Of a stretch of 64,000 nt of DNA, positions 19,824 to 29,430 are shown piece by piece (the stretch's first letter is position 1; each line of letters begins with the position of its first letter). Location: assembly GCA_965219385.1 (NCBI GenBank), contig CBDCNM010000002.1:282639-346638 (forward strand). Reading direction: 5' to 3'. The DNA comes from Candidatus Latescibacterota bacterium (GTDB taxonomy: Bacteria; Latescibacterota; UBA2968; UBA8231). The notes beneath the pieces were generated by a model. The model was not told the DNA's origin. It did not search any database and worked only from the letters and a program-made list of their open reading frames with translations. The position numbers and the translations under genes were made by a program.

Positions 19824-22800
19824 AATGCACGGTGCTGGGGGCGCTCGTCCTCGTCGTCCAGATCCCGGCGGCTTTTTCCCAGAATCATCCCGAGTTGGAC
19901 TGGCAGGAACTGGAGACGGCGCACTTTCGCATCTTCTATCATCAGGGGCTCGAGAGAGCCGGAGCTCGGGCCGCGGAGATTGCCGAAGCAGCGTATGGTC
20001 CGGTGACCCGGCTCTACGGGTACGAACCTGGAGAAAAGGTGCGGATCGTGCTCAAGGACTACGACGACTACGCCAATGGGGCCGCCTTTTTCTACCACGA
20101 TACTATTGAAATCTGGACCACGTCCCTGGATCACGACGTTGATTTGCGCGGGACTTCGGACTGGCTGAGCAATGTGATTACCCACGAATTCGTCCACATC
20201 GTTTCCCTGGGCGCTTCCCGCAAAGCACCCCAGCGCTGGCCGGCTTTCTACCTGCAGTACTTTGGTTACCAGCGGGAGGAGAATCGCCCGGATGTGCTGA
20301 TTGGCTATCCGGATGTGCTGGCATCCTACCCGGTACTGGGTACGATTGTGGCCATGTGGTTTGCCGAAGGGGTGGCCCAGTACCAGGTCGAGGGCGCCCG
20401 CCACGATCGCTGGGATTCCCACCGCGACATGATCTTGCGCACCGCTGTATTGAACGATGCGCTGCTTTCCTTTGATGAGATGGGGGTGTTCGCCAAAAAA
20501 GGTTTTGGCAATGAGTACGTGTACGATCATGGCTACGGCTTGGTCAGATACATCGCCCGGACCTATGGCGATGAAAAGTTGGCCCAGATCTGCCGGGCGA
20601 TCTCGGGATGGTCGGAAATGGAGATCAACGGAGCCATCCAAGAGGTCCTGGGAGTATCCGCGGAGGAGCTGTACCGGAGCTGGCGAAAATCCATGCAGCA
20701 CAGATACCAAAAGCAGGTGGCCGATCTGGGCGAGTTGCACCAGGGCGAGGCGATCGGCGACCAGGGGTTTTCCAATATCCGCCCGGCCTATTCGCCGGAT
20801 GGCCGCTACCTGGCCTATCTGTCTACCCAGAAAAGACACTACGGTCCTCACCTGCTGGTGTTGCGGGATATGGAGAGCGGGGAAGAGAAGGTCCTGTACG
20901 GAGGGGTCGTCTCTTCCGTGAGCTGGTCGCCCGACAGCAGGCGTTTGCTTTTCGTTATGAAAAGCAAGGGGGATAAGTACGGGTCACGCCAGGCGGATAT
21001 CTACCAGTACGACTTGGACAGCGGCGAAGTGGGGATCTTCTCCAGAGTACTATGGACGGTGCCGGCCATGGTGAGTGGTCATGCGCCGGAGTCGCCGAAA
21101 ATCCGCCGTTTGAGCCATGGCCTGCGCGCGCTGTATCCGGCCTATTCGCCGGATGGGGAGTGGATCGTCTTTGTGCACAACCAGGGGAGCAGCAACAATC
21201 TCGGATTGATGAAAGCGGATGGCAGCCAGGTCCATTACCTGACGGATTTTAGCGACGGCACCCAGCTCTACACTCCACAGTGGTCGCCCGATGGTCGCAG
21301 TCTGGTCTGCTCCATAACGCAGGAAGGCCAGCGCGACATTGCCTTGTTGGGGGTTGCCCGGGAGAAAACCCAGCAACTGGCCGCGACAATGCCCCTGGCG
21401 GCTGCGAGCCAGGCGCGCTTGGAGGTTCTGGTGGCCACGCCGGCTACGGACCGCGATCCTGTGTGGAGCGCGGACGGCAAAGAGGTGGTCTTTGCCTCGG
21501 ATATCAGCGGCCTCTTCAATCTCTACGCGATCCAGATCGAGACCCGGCAGGTACAGCGGCTAACCAATCTGGTCGGCGGAGGCTTGAGCCCCACACTCGA
21601 CCCAGAGGGCAAGGTGGCTTTTGCCGCCTATGGCGAGAAGGGATACGAAATTCGCCAGATCGACCGGGAGAGGGCAGCGGCGGCAGAGCTACCCATGCGC
21701 CCGGGAGTGGATTTCGGCGATCATTTTATCTCCAGCCCCAACACCCCGAAGGATGCGCTCAAGGCCCAGCCCTATGGCATCGATTTTCTCAAGACCTCGC
21801 TGATGCCCCGCCTGATGTTGGACGAGGGACGTTTCAAGGGAGGGATGTACCTGAGTGCCGGAGATGTACTGGGGCGTCAGGCTATTTTCGCCGGGGCAGC
21901 CCTGGCGCCGACAAACCGGGACCGCGATTTGTTTTTAATTTACCAATACAGAAAGTGGCGTCCGACCCTCTTCCTGGAGTTCTTCCACCAGCGGCGGCAC
22001 TCGGCGCGAGGAGACAGTTCGGAAGCAAAGGACTTTATCGTCACCGGAATGAATTTCGTTCTCAACCAAGTCAGTGTCGGTCTGCGGAGCAAGCTGGGAA
22101 AGGACAGTGAACTGGACCTGTCCATGACCTATGATCGCTACGATACCAGCATTTGGGGAGATGCCTTCCAACCCAGACGAGATGGTAGCATCGGATTTGA
22201 GCGCGTGCCGGTAAAACCCTTTGGCTACACCTATCTGAACGGTTTCGATCTGGGACTGACCTACCGCTACGAATCGGTGGCGCGACGCAGGGATCGAGAC
22301 ATCAACCCGCGCCAGGGCCGCAGGATCTACTTCCGCTACGACCGCATGTTCAATAAGTTCATCGAAGGCTTCGACGAGCAGAATACTTCATTTTTACAAG
22401 AGGAGTTCCTCAATCTCTCCTACAATCAATTCACCCTGGACTGGAGTGAATATATCGGCTTGCCCTGCAACAACACCCTGGGATTGCGCCTGTACAGCGG
22501 CTGGATCGACAGCAAAAAGGTGGATGATAAGGAAGTGGTCAACGACTTCTTCGACTACCATATCGGTGGCCTTCAGTACATGAAGGGGTACACCTTCTTT
22601 AGTCTGGAAGGGCGCAAGGCTCTCATGGGGCAGACCACCTTGCGCTTTCCCATCCTGCCGGATGTCAGGAAGCGGTTCCTCCATCTTTACTTCGACAAGG
22701 TGTACGGTGCCTTGTACGGAGATATGGGCAAGGCCTGGGACGATAAGTGGGACGACCTGGACCCGAATTTTGGCCGCAAGGGGCCGCTGCGCGATCTGGG

Positions 22801-22939
22801 AGGGCAATTGCGTTTTGATCTGATCTCCTACTACAGTATGCCCACCCGGGTGCAGATGGATCTGGCCTACGGAATTGACGAGGTGGAGTACAAAAGTCCG
22901 TGGAAGTTTTATCTTGCGGTGTTGTTTGGATATTTGTAA
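19820..22939 (+). CDS. Gluzincin-like peptidase + TolB/PD40 propeller + Omp85/BamA-like C-terminal barrel
   Basis: Signal peptide; ITHEFVH...WFAEG.A; repeated PAYSPDG/WSPDG; C-terminal beta-strands (NPRQGR, MKGY, YGD.GKAW). Confidence 0.8.
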   Translation: MKCTVLGALVLVVQIPAAFSQNHPELDWQELETAHFRIFYHQGLERAGARAAEIAEAAYGPVTRLYGYEPGEKVRIVLKDYDDYANGAAFFYHDTIEIWTTSLDHDVDLRGTSDWLSNVITHEFVHIVSLGASRKAPQRWPAFYLQYFGYQREENRPDVLIGYPDVLASYPVLGTIVAMWFAEGVAQYQVEGARHDRWDSHRDMILRTAVLNDALLSFDEMGVFAKKGFGNEYVYDHGYGLVRYIARTYGDEKLAQICRAISGWSEMEINGAIQEVLGVSAEELYRSWRKSMQHRYQKQVADLGELHQGEAIGDQGFSNIRPAYSPDGRYLAYLSTQKRHYGPHLLVLRDMESGEEKVLYGGVVSSVSWSPDSRRLLFVMKSKGDKYGSRQADIYQYDLDSGEVGIFSRVLWTVPAMVSGHAPESPKIRRLSHGLRALYPAYSPDGEWIVFVHNQGSSNNLGLMKADGSQVHYLTDFSDGTQLYTPQWSPDGRSLVCSITQEGQRDIALLGVAREKTQQLAATMPLAAASQARLEVLVATPATDRDPVWSADGKEVVFASDISGLFNLYAIQIETRQVQRLTNLVGGGLSPTLDPEGKVAFAAYGEKGYEIRQIDRERAAAAELPMRPGVDFGDHFISSPNTPKDALKAQPYGIDFLKTSLMPRLMLDEGRFKGGMYLSAGDVLGRQAIFAGAALAPTNRDRDLFLIYQYRKWRPTLFLEFFHQRRHSARGDSSEAKDFIVTGMNFVLNQVSVGLRSKLGKDSELDLSMTYDRYDTSIWGDAFQPRRDGSIGFERVPVKPFGYTYLNGFDLGLTYRYESVARRRDRDINPRQGRRIYFRYDRMFNKFIEGFDEQNTSFLQEEFLNLSYNQFTLDWSEYIGLPCNNTLGLRLYSGWIDSKKVDDKEVVNDFFDYHIGGLQYMKGYTFFSLEGRKALMGQTTLRFPILPDVRKRFLHLYFDKVYGALYGDMGKAWDDKWDDLDPNFGRKGPLRDLGGQLRFDLISYYSMPTRVQMDLAYGIDEVEYKSPWKFYLAVLFGYL

Positions 22940-22961
22940 ATATAGCAAAGGAAGGTGCACA

Positions 22962-23843
22962 ATGTGGAGACCCGGTGCAATCATGGTGTTCAGCTTTTTT
23001 CTGGCAGGTCAATCCCTGGCCGAGGGATTGCCCAGCATGTTCGGAGACCGGCGCCAGATCCTGGACGCGTGGCCGGTCCTGGGCGCCGGTTCTCTGCAAC
23101 AGGTAGAAGAAACTCCTGCCGCGGAGGAAATCGCTGGAGGGCCACCTGTAAAATCGCCGAAAAAAGCGCTGTTTCTGTCGGCTATCCTGCCCGGGGCGGG
23201 CGAGTTTTATGCCGGGGCCCCCAAACGCGCGGCCCTGTTCTTTGGGGTCGAGGCCGTGGCCTGGGGGTTGTACCTGAGCTGGACCGGCAAGGGGAACGAT
23301 ATCGAGGACGAATTCCGCGCCATGGCGGATTCTCTCTGGAATCCCCAAGACTACCTGGCTTGGTTCGACTCGCCCCAATCCAAATACTCGGAGACCCACC
23401 ACGAACTGCCCTGTAAAGACCATGTGGATATATATAAGACTACAGGTGAATTTAGGGGTTGTGCGGATAGTGAAGTGCAGCAGTACTATGAACTGATAGG
23501 CAAGTACGATCAGTTCGTGGCCGGGTGGAAGGATACCAGGGACAGAAGTGGCAATCCTGTCCAGCCCACCGATATAGACTCGGTGGAAAATTTCATCTCC
23601 GAGCACAGACTGGATTACGAAGATCGCCGCAATGACAGCAATCGCTTTCTCAAACGGGCCAGCAATATAGCCGGACTCATCCTGATCAATCACGCGATCA
23701 GCGCCATTGATGCGGCGCGCGTAGGCGCCCGTGCCCAGGGAGCGGACCGGGCCCGGCTGGAGCGTCGGAGCCGGTTTCTGGTCGCCTTGCAGCCGGGAAG
23801 TCGCGGGCGGGTACCCATGCTCCTGGCCTACAAACCATTCTGA
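22962..23843 (+). CDS. DUF5683-like membrane protein
   Basis: KSPKKALFLSAILPGAGEFYAG, QYYELIGKY, NHAISAIDA. Confidence 0.65.
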   Translation: MWRPGAIMVFSFFLAGQSLAEGLPSMFGDRRQILDAWPVLGAGSLQQVEETPAAEEIAGGPPVKSPKKALFLSAILPGAGEFYAGAPKRAALFFGVEAVAWGLYLSWTGKGNDIEDEFRAMADSLWNPQDYLAWFDSPQSKYSETHHELPCKDHVDIYKTTGEFRGCADSEVQQYYELIGKYDQFVAGWKDTRDRSGNPVQPTDIDSVENFISEHRLDYEDRRNDSNRFLKRASNIAGLILINHAISAIDAARVGARAQGADRARLERRSRFLVALQPGSRGRVPMLLAYKPF

Positions 23844-23850
23844 TTCCGCC

Positions 23851-24483
23851 ATGAACAAATGTGTGTTGATTGCGGTGATTGGTGGCGTGTTGATCGGGCC
23901 GATGAAACTCGAAGCCCAATCGGCGCGCCGGGCTTTCTGGTACTCCCTGCTGATCCCGGGTTGGGGACACTACCATGCGGACGACAAGTCGAGTGGCGCC
24001 CGTTTTCTGCTGGTGGAGCTGGGGCTCTGGGGTGGGTACTTTTCCTTTCGCCACCTGGGAGCGATCCGCCGCAATCATTACCGCACCTTTGCAACCGAGC
24101 ATGCAAGGGCCCACCCCGAGGGCAAGAACAAACGGTATTTCGACGATCTGGGATTTTACGACAGCAGGTTGTGGCACAACCGGTTTGCCCACAGAGAGGA
24201 CGGCCTTGAGGCCGAGTTCTACCCGGATACCCCCGACTACTTCTGGGAGTGGGATCGCGCAGAGTCGCGCCGGCGCTACCGCGAATTGCGCAATGCCAGC
24301 GAGAATGCCAAGCGCCAGGCCTTGTTTACGACCGGTCTGGTCATAGCCAATCACCTGTTCGCCGCTATTCACGCGGCGCGGGGGCTGAACCTGGAAAAGC
24401 AGGCGGATACCCAGCCTCGGGTAAAGGTAGAACTCAATACCGTGGATGCATCCCTGGGAGTGGTGTTGCGGAAGCAATTTTGA
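23851..24483 (+). CDS. DUF5683-like membrane protein (paralogue of the upstream gene)
   Basis: AFWYSLLIPGWGHY, W.WD, NHLFAAIHA, terminal Phe. Confidence 0.6.
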   Translation: MNKCVLIAVIGGVLIGPMKLEAQSARRAFWYSLLIPGWGHYHADDKSSGARFLLVELGLWGGYFSFRHLGAIRRNHYRTFATEHARAHPEGKNKRYFDDLGFYDSRLWHNRFAHREDGLEAEFYPDTPDYFWEWDRAESRRRYRELRNASENAKRQALFTTGLVIANHLFAAIHAARGLNLEKQADTQPRVKVELNTVDASLGVVLRKQF

Positions 24484-24529
24484 AATGCGCCGGGTACCCT
24501 GATCATTCAGTGTCTGAGGCGGTTTGTCC

Positions 24530-26170
24530 ATGGCTTTGCGCAATCCACCAATACTCGGGCTTGTCTTTCTGCTCCTGGCCGTCTTTTCCACGGTCGAGGC
24601 CCGTGTCTGTGGCACCCGGTTCGTCGAGCACTACAGGCAGCGCTTTCCCCTGCCCGCAGCCAAGCTTCTCGCCCCCGAGCAGGAAGAGGGGGAGATTACC
24701 CTGGGCACCCAGCTACATTTCCTGGTTTTCAACCGTTTTTCCCTGGTGCCGGCCACCTGCCGGTACGTGGGGGAGCACGCTTATATCTTTGTCGAAGACG
24801 CGCAGTGGGACACCAATGGGGGGCCGGTCGTACAACAGGATGTGGATGAACTGGGCGAGTTGTTCGAGCGTTCCACCCCGTCGGATCTGGATCGGGGAAT
24901 CTACAGCCTGGAGGTGGAGGCTTTTGGAGCGCCGGCGGATGTGGATGGGGACGAGCGGATCTTTATACTGATCCTGGACGTAGATCCAAGCAGTCGCCAG
25001 GTGGATGCGGTCGGGTTTTTCGATCCTTGGGTGGCGACCCATGCTGACCCCCAACTGCGCCGGGACACCCTCTATCTGGACGCCACGGTTGTGCGGCGGG
25101 CCCGCTATCTGGCCCGGGGCACCCTGGCCCACGAGTTCCAGCACCTCATCCATTGGGCCCACGATGACGACGAGGAAGTCTGGGTCGATGAGGGACTTGC
25201 CGGCTACGCCGAGGAACTGGTCGGATTTCCCGAAGCCGATCCGGCCGTTGTGCCGGCTTTTCTGAAAAGGCCGGATATCGACCTGACGGCATGGCACAAA
25301 CAGGCCTACAATTATGGATCTACTTATCTATTTATGTCGTTCCTGGCCGAAAAATACGGAGCGGAATTGATTCGCAGGATGGTGGAGGCGCAGGGCAATG
25401 GCATCCTGGGGATTGACGAGGCCTTTGCCAATAGCGGTCTGGATCAGGATTTCGAGGGGGGCTGGAAACAGTGGATCGCGGCCAATTATGGCGGGGATAC
25501 CATGTACGGATACGCGGCCCTGCAGGGTCGCCAGGTCCTGGCTGCCAGGATACCGCCCCCACCTCCTGAAGGGAGGAGGTTGAGACTCCTGGTCGGCAAT
25601 CGGTGGGGGACGAGCAACATCCTGATCCGCGCGGAAGGCGGTATCAAATTGGATTTCTCAGGGGAACGGGATAAAGGCTACAGGGTATGGTTGTATACCA
25701 TGGGTAACGACGTAACTCGCCTGGAAGAACTGGTGCTGGATGATGAGAACAAGGGCAGGGTCGAGGTGATAAATGTGGATAGCCTGGCGCTGGTCGTGGG
25801 GCTCACATCGTTCCAGGGGGGGCTTTTTGAGATCTTGGCTCAAGCCTCGATCCCCACTGCAATAAGGGTTCAGACCAGGCGCGATCCGGTGCAGGCATCA
25901 GATTTGGGCGCGGTTTACCCCAATCCTTTCAACGGATTTATGCGGATTCCTTTTCACCTATCGGCCGCGGGAAGCCTGGAGTTGAGTTTGTACAATGTTC
26001 TCGGGCAGCAGATCCGGGTGTTGCAACGAGGATTTCATCAGGCCGGTCGCTACGAAGCGGTATGGGATGGACGGAATGGAGGGGGTAGCGAGGTTGGAAG
26101 CGGGACCTACCTGGTGGTGTTGCAGACTGGGTCCGGGCGCGTGGTGCAAAGGATTAGTCTGGTGAGATAA
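24530..26170 (+). CDS. Secreted zinc metallopeptidase (M30/hyicolysin-like) with T9SS/FlgD CTD
   Basis: Signal peptide, CGT, TLAHEFQHLIH...WVDEGLA; CTD YPNPFN...WDGRN..SGTYLV. Confidence 0.8.
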   Translation: MALRNPPILGLVFLLLAVFSTVEARVCGTRFVEHYRQRFPLPAAKLLAPEQEEGEITLGTQLHFLVFNRFSLVPATCRYVGEHAYIFVEDAQWDTNGGPVVQQDVDELGELFERSTPSDLDRGIYSLEVEAFGAPADVDGDERIFILILDVDPSSRQVDAVGFFDPWVATHADPQLRRDTLYLDATVVRRARYLARGTLAHEFQHLIHWAHDDDEEVWVDEGLAGYAEELVGFPEADPAVVPAFLKRPDIDLTAWHKQAYNYGSTYLFMSFLAEKYGAELIRRMVEAQGNGILGIDEAFANSGLDQDFEGGWKQWIAANYGGDTMYGYAALQGRQVLAARIPPPPPEGRRLRLLVGNRWGTSNILIRAEGGIKLDFSGERDKGYRVWLYTMGNDVTRLEELVLDDENKGRVEVINVDSLALVVGLTSFQGGLFEILAQASIPTAIRVQTRRDPVQASDLGAVYPNPFNGFMRIPFHLSAAGSLELSLYNVLGQQIRVLQRGFHQAGRYEAVWDGRNGGGSEVGSGTYLVVLQTGSGRVVQRISLVR

Positions 26171-26289
26171 TCGGCCCTACTCACCCTCACTGGACCGCGA
26201 CGCGCGTCGCAGCTATAGAGCATCAACCGTGTGAACAACGCGGTCAGACAGCGGACGAAAAAGGGGGAACCCATGGAAATAAACCCTGT

Positions 26290-26802
26290 TCAGTGGGCCG
26301 GCACGAGGTGCAAATGTCCGGCGATGCGGAGTTGCTGGGTGCAACCCAGTTTCAGGTAATAGGAACGGAAGGGTTTGCCCGAACAGGGATGGCAGAGGTT
26401 GGGGGCGATTTCGCACAGGGGAGCCAGGACAAAACAGCGTTCGGTGATCTGCGGGTGGGGCAGCTTCAACTGAGCGGTGTCGAGCCGGCGCTCGCCATAG
26501 AGCAACAGGTCCAGGTCCAGGGTGCGGGGACCCCAGTGGATAGAGCGTTGGCGGTGGTGTTTTTTTTCGATCTGCAGCAGGATTTGAAGCAGTTCTTCCG
26601 GAGCGATACAGGTCTGGATGGAAAAGACGGCATTGAGAAAAAAGGGCTGGTTGGTATAGCCGATTGGGGCTGTCTCATACACGGAAGACACCGCGTCTAG
26701 TTGGATTCCGGGCACGGCAGTCAACTCTGTGAAGCCGGCCTCGAGATAGGCCCGGCGGTCTCCTAGATTGGAGCCTATCCCTACATAGGCTTTTTCAGCC
26801 AT
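26290..26802 (-). CDS. folK: 2-amino-4-hydroxy-6-hydroxymethyldihydropteridine diphosphokinase
   Basis: GIGSNLGD, WGPRTLDLDLL, LPHP. Confidence 0.97.
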   Translation of the reverse strand: MAEKAYVGIGSNLGDRRAYLEAGFTELTAVPGIQLDAVSSVYETAPIGYTNQPFFLNAVFSIQTCIAPEELLQILLQIEKKHHRQRSIHWGPRTLDLDLLLYGERRLDTAQLKLPHPQITERCFVLAPLCEIAPNLCHPCSGKPFRSYYLKLGCTQQLRIAGHLHLVPAH

Positions 26803-27160
26803 AGGAGCGGTGCAATTCTACTTCGATGCCATCGAAGTGGGCCTTGGTCGGGGGGGTGGGTTTGCGCACTCGAAGGGTCAGATCGATGGGGGCAAAACGC
26901 TCACCGACTTCCTGGGCAATGTGTTCGGCGAGGGCTTCCACCAGCTTAAAACGTTGCTGTGTGACCACCTTTTCGATCAGTTCGTAGATTTCCGGGTAGT
27001 TCAGGGTCTGGTCGACATCGTCGCTTGTGCCGGCCCGGGACAAGTCGCCAAACAGGTCGATATCGACCTCGAAGTGCTGCCCAAGCCTGTTCTCTTCGGG
27101 GAAGAGGCCGTGGTAGGCAAAAAAGCGCATATTGCGCAGTCGCAGTACATCAGGCGGCAT
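26795..27160 (-). CDS. folB: Dihydroneopterin aldolase
   Basis: FFAYHG..EE..LGQ.F.VD, TLNY, LVEALAE. Confidence 0.96.
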   Translation of the reverse strand: MPPDVLRLRNMRFFAYHGLFPEENRLGQHFEVDIDLFGDLSRAGTSDDVDQTLNYPEIYELIEKVVTQQRFKLVEALAEHIAQEVGERFAPIDLTLRVRKPTPPTKAHFDGIEVELHRSYG

Positions 27161-27190
27161 GACTGGAATATACCCACATTCTTTAGCCTG

Positions 27191-28507
27191 TCAATCAAAT
27201 CGTTTGAGGGCCCGGTGGGCGATGTCGGTGCGGAAATAAGCGTTTTCAAATGAAACCTGCTCCACCCCCTCGTAGACTTTTTGCACGGCGGTGGAAATAT
27301 CAGCGGCCAGGGCCGTGATACCCAGGACGCGGCCCCCCGCAGTGAGGAGGCGGCCGGCTTCGAGACGGGTGCCGGCGTGAAAGACCAGCAGATCCGCGCG
27401 GCCGGCAAAGTGGTCCAGGCCAGAGATTGTCTTGCCGGTTTCATAGGCACTGGAGTCGGGATAGCCCGAGGATGTCAGGATCACACATACGGCTGCTTCA
27501 CCGGTGTTTTTGATCTCGATCTCGCCGACTCGGTCGTCACAGGCGGCCTCGAGAAGGTCGAGGAAGTCGGTTTTGAGGAGGGGCAGGACGACCTGGGCCT
27601 CGGGATCGCCAAAACGACAGTTAAATTCCACTACTTTGGGGCCTTCAGCGGTCAGCATCAGACCGCAGTACAGGGCCCCCTTGAAGGGGCAACCGAGGCG
27701 GCGCATTTCATCCAGCACCGGACGGATGATCCGCTCCTGCGCCTCCTGGACGAGTTCGGGGGGCATCACCGGAGCCGGGGCATAGGCGCCCATCCCCCCG
27801 GTATTCGGGCCTTTGTCGCCTTCGTAGATGGCCTTGTGATCCTGGGCTGGTACCAGGGTCACAAACTGGTGTCCGTCGGCAATGGCAAAGAGAGAGGCTT
27901 CCTCGCCTTCCATGAATTCCTCGACCACCACCTCATTGCCCGAGTCTCCGAAAATGCGCTCGTCCATGATGGCGGAAACGGCTTTCAGAGCCTCGAATTC
28001 GCTATGGGCTACAATGGCCCCCCTGCCCAAGGCCAGGCCGCTGGCCTTAACCACGACCGGGGCGCCCTGCTGACGCACGTAGTCCGCCGCTGCAGTACTG
28101 TCGGCAAAGCTCCGGTGGCGAGCGGTGGGCACCCCTAGGCGCTCCATTAAGGTTTTTGCAAAGGCCTTGCTGGACTCGATGCGGGCGGCGGCGGCAGTGG
28201 GGCCGAAGATCTTCAGGCTTTTTTCCTCGAAGCGGTCGACGATACCAGCGCTGAGGACATCTTCCGGTCCGACCACGGTGAGGTCAATCTGCTGTTCCAC
28301 GGCAAAGTCCCGCAGGTGGATGATCTCGGCCTGTAGTTTCTCCAGGTTCGAGATCGGAGTGTCTACCCCGATGTCGAGGCATTCGGCGAATTGGGCGATG
28401 CCCGTACTTCCAGGAGCGGCGTAGATCTTTTCGACCCGGGGACTCTGGGCGAGCTTCCACACCAGGGTGTGTTCTCGCCCTCCTTTACCGACGACCAGGA
28501 CCTTCAT
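27191..28507 (-). CDS. purD: Phosphoribosylamine-glycine ligase
   Basis: GGREH, QDHK, GPNTGGMGAY, EFNCRFGDPE, TAGGRVL. Confidence 0.98.
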   Translation of the reverse strand: MKVLVVGKGGREHTLVWKLAQSPRVEKIYAAPGSTGIAQFAECLDIGVDTPISNLEKLQAEIIHLRDFAVEQQIDLTVVGPEDVLSAGIVDRFEEKSLKIFGPTAAAARIESSKAFAKTLMERLGVPTARHRSFADSTAAADYVRQQGAPVVVKASGLALGRGAIVAHSEFEALKAVSAIMDERIFGDSGNEVVVEEFMEGEEASLFAIADGHQFVTLVPAQDHKAIYEGDKGPNTGGMGAYAPAPVMPPELVQEAQERIIRPVLDEMRRLGCPFKGALYCGLMLTAEGPKVVEFNCRFGDPEAQVVLPLLKTDFLDLLEAACDDRVGEIEIKNTGEAAVCVILTSSGYPDSSAYETGKTISGLDHFAGRADLLVFHAGTRLEAGRLLTAGGRVLGITALAADISTAVQKVYEGVEQVSFENAYFRTDIAHRALKRFD

Positions 28508-28532
28508 CGATCATCTCCTTTGAGTTGCAGGT

Positions 28533-29423
28533 TTATTTGTAACCGAAATCCTTGAGATCCTTGTCTTTATTGCGCCAATCGGGACGAATTTTGACCCACA
28601 GGTCGAGGTATACCTCGGCCTCGAGTAATTCCTCGATTTGCATCCGGGCCTGGCGCCCAATGGCGCGCAGACGGCTGCCCTTGTGGCCGATGACAATGCC
28701 TTTCTGGCTGGTGCGCTCGACGTAGATCAGGGCTCGCAGATAGGTCTTGTGCCGGCGTTCGGCGAATTCTTCAACGACGACATTGATGGCGTAAGGCAGC
28801 TCTTCGGCAAGGTGATGAAATGCAGCCTCGCGGATGAGTTCGGCTGCGAAAAAACGCTCTGGCTGTTCGGCGATCATATCGTCCGGATAGAGCTTTTCGC
28901 CGTAGGGGAGGAGGGCTTCAACTTGGTCCAGCAATTCTTCTAGGTGATCGCCTCTCAGGGCGGAGAGCGGGAGAAGGGTTTCAAGGTCGAATTCGGCCCG
29001 CCGAGTTTCCAACTCGGTCTCGATCTGTTCGGGAGGGAGCAGGTCAATCTTGTTCAGGGCAGCGACGATAGGGACCTTGACCTGGCCGATGAATTCGCGG
29101 ACCAGTTCACCTTTGTCCTGCGTCCGACTTGCATCGATGAGGAGGAGGACCAGGTCCGCTTCGCGCGCGGCCAGGGCGATCTGGTGTTCCATGGTCTCGT
29201 GGAGCTTGTAGCGCGGTTCGAGCAGGCCCGGGGTATCCATGAGAATGATCTGGCTATGGGGCCGGGTCAGGATGCCGAGGATCCGGCTCCGGGTTGTTTG
29301 AGGCCTGGGGGTTACGATGGACAACCGCTGGCCGATAAATGCGTTGAACAGGGTGGACTTGCCCGCGTTGGGGCGACTGACCAGGGCAATATATCCACAT
29401 CGGGGCGGCCGGGAATCGCTCAC
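28533..29423 (-). CDS. era: GTPase Era
   Basis: GTG start; (S)RPNAGKS, PQTTR, DTPG, NKID, KH domain SQKGIVIG.KG. Confidence 0.95.
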   Translation of the reverse strand: MSDSRPPRCGYIALVSRPNAGKSTLFNAFIGQRLSIVTPRPQTTRSRILGILTRPHSQIILMDTPGLLEPRYKLHETMEHQIALAAREADLVLLLIDASRTQDKGELVREFIGQVKVPIVAALNKIDLLPPEQIETELETRRAEFDLETLLPLSALRGDHLEELLDQVEALLPYGEKLYPDDMIAEQPERFFAAELIREAAFHHLAEELPYAINVVVEEFAERRHKTYLRALIYVERTSQKGIVIGHKGSRLRAIGRQARMQIEELLEAEVYLDLWVKIRPDWRNKDKDLKDFGYK

Positions 29424-29430
29424 GGATGAC

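Noticed and set aside
26197..26210. 14-bp palindrome GCGACGCGCGTCGC between convergent genes
   Set aside because: Single GC-rich palindrome without a U-tract; no evidence of function.
8340..29381. AGT reassigned to Gly (Era and ComF have AGT at conserved Gly positions)
   Set aside because: AGT encodes conserved Ser in tpiA (YGGSV) and ftsH (FFSIS), so the standard code holds.
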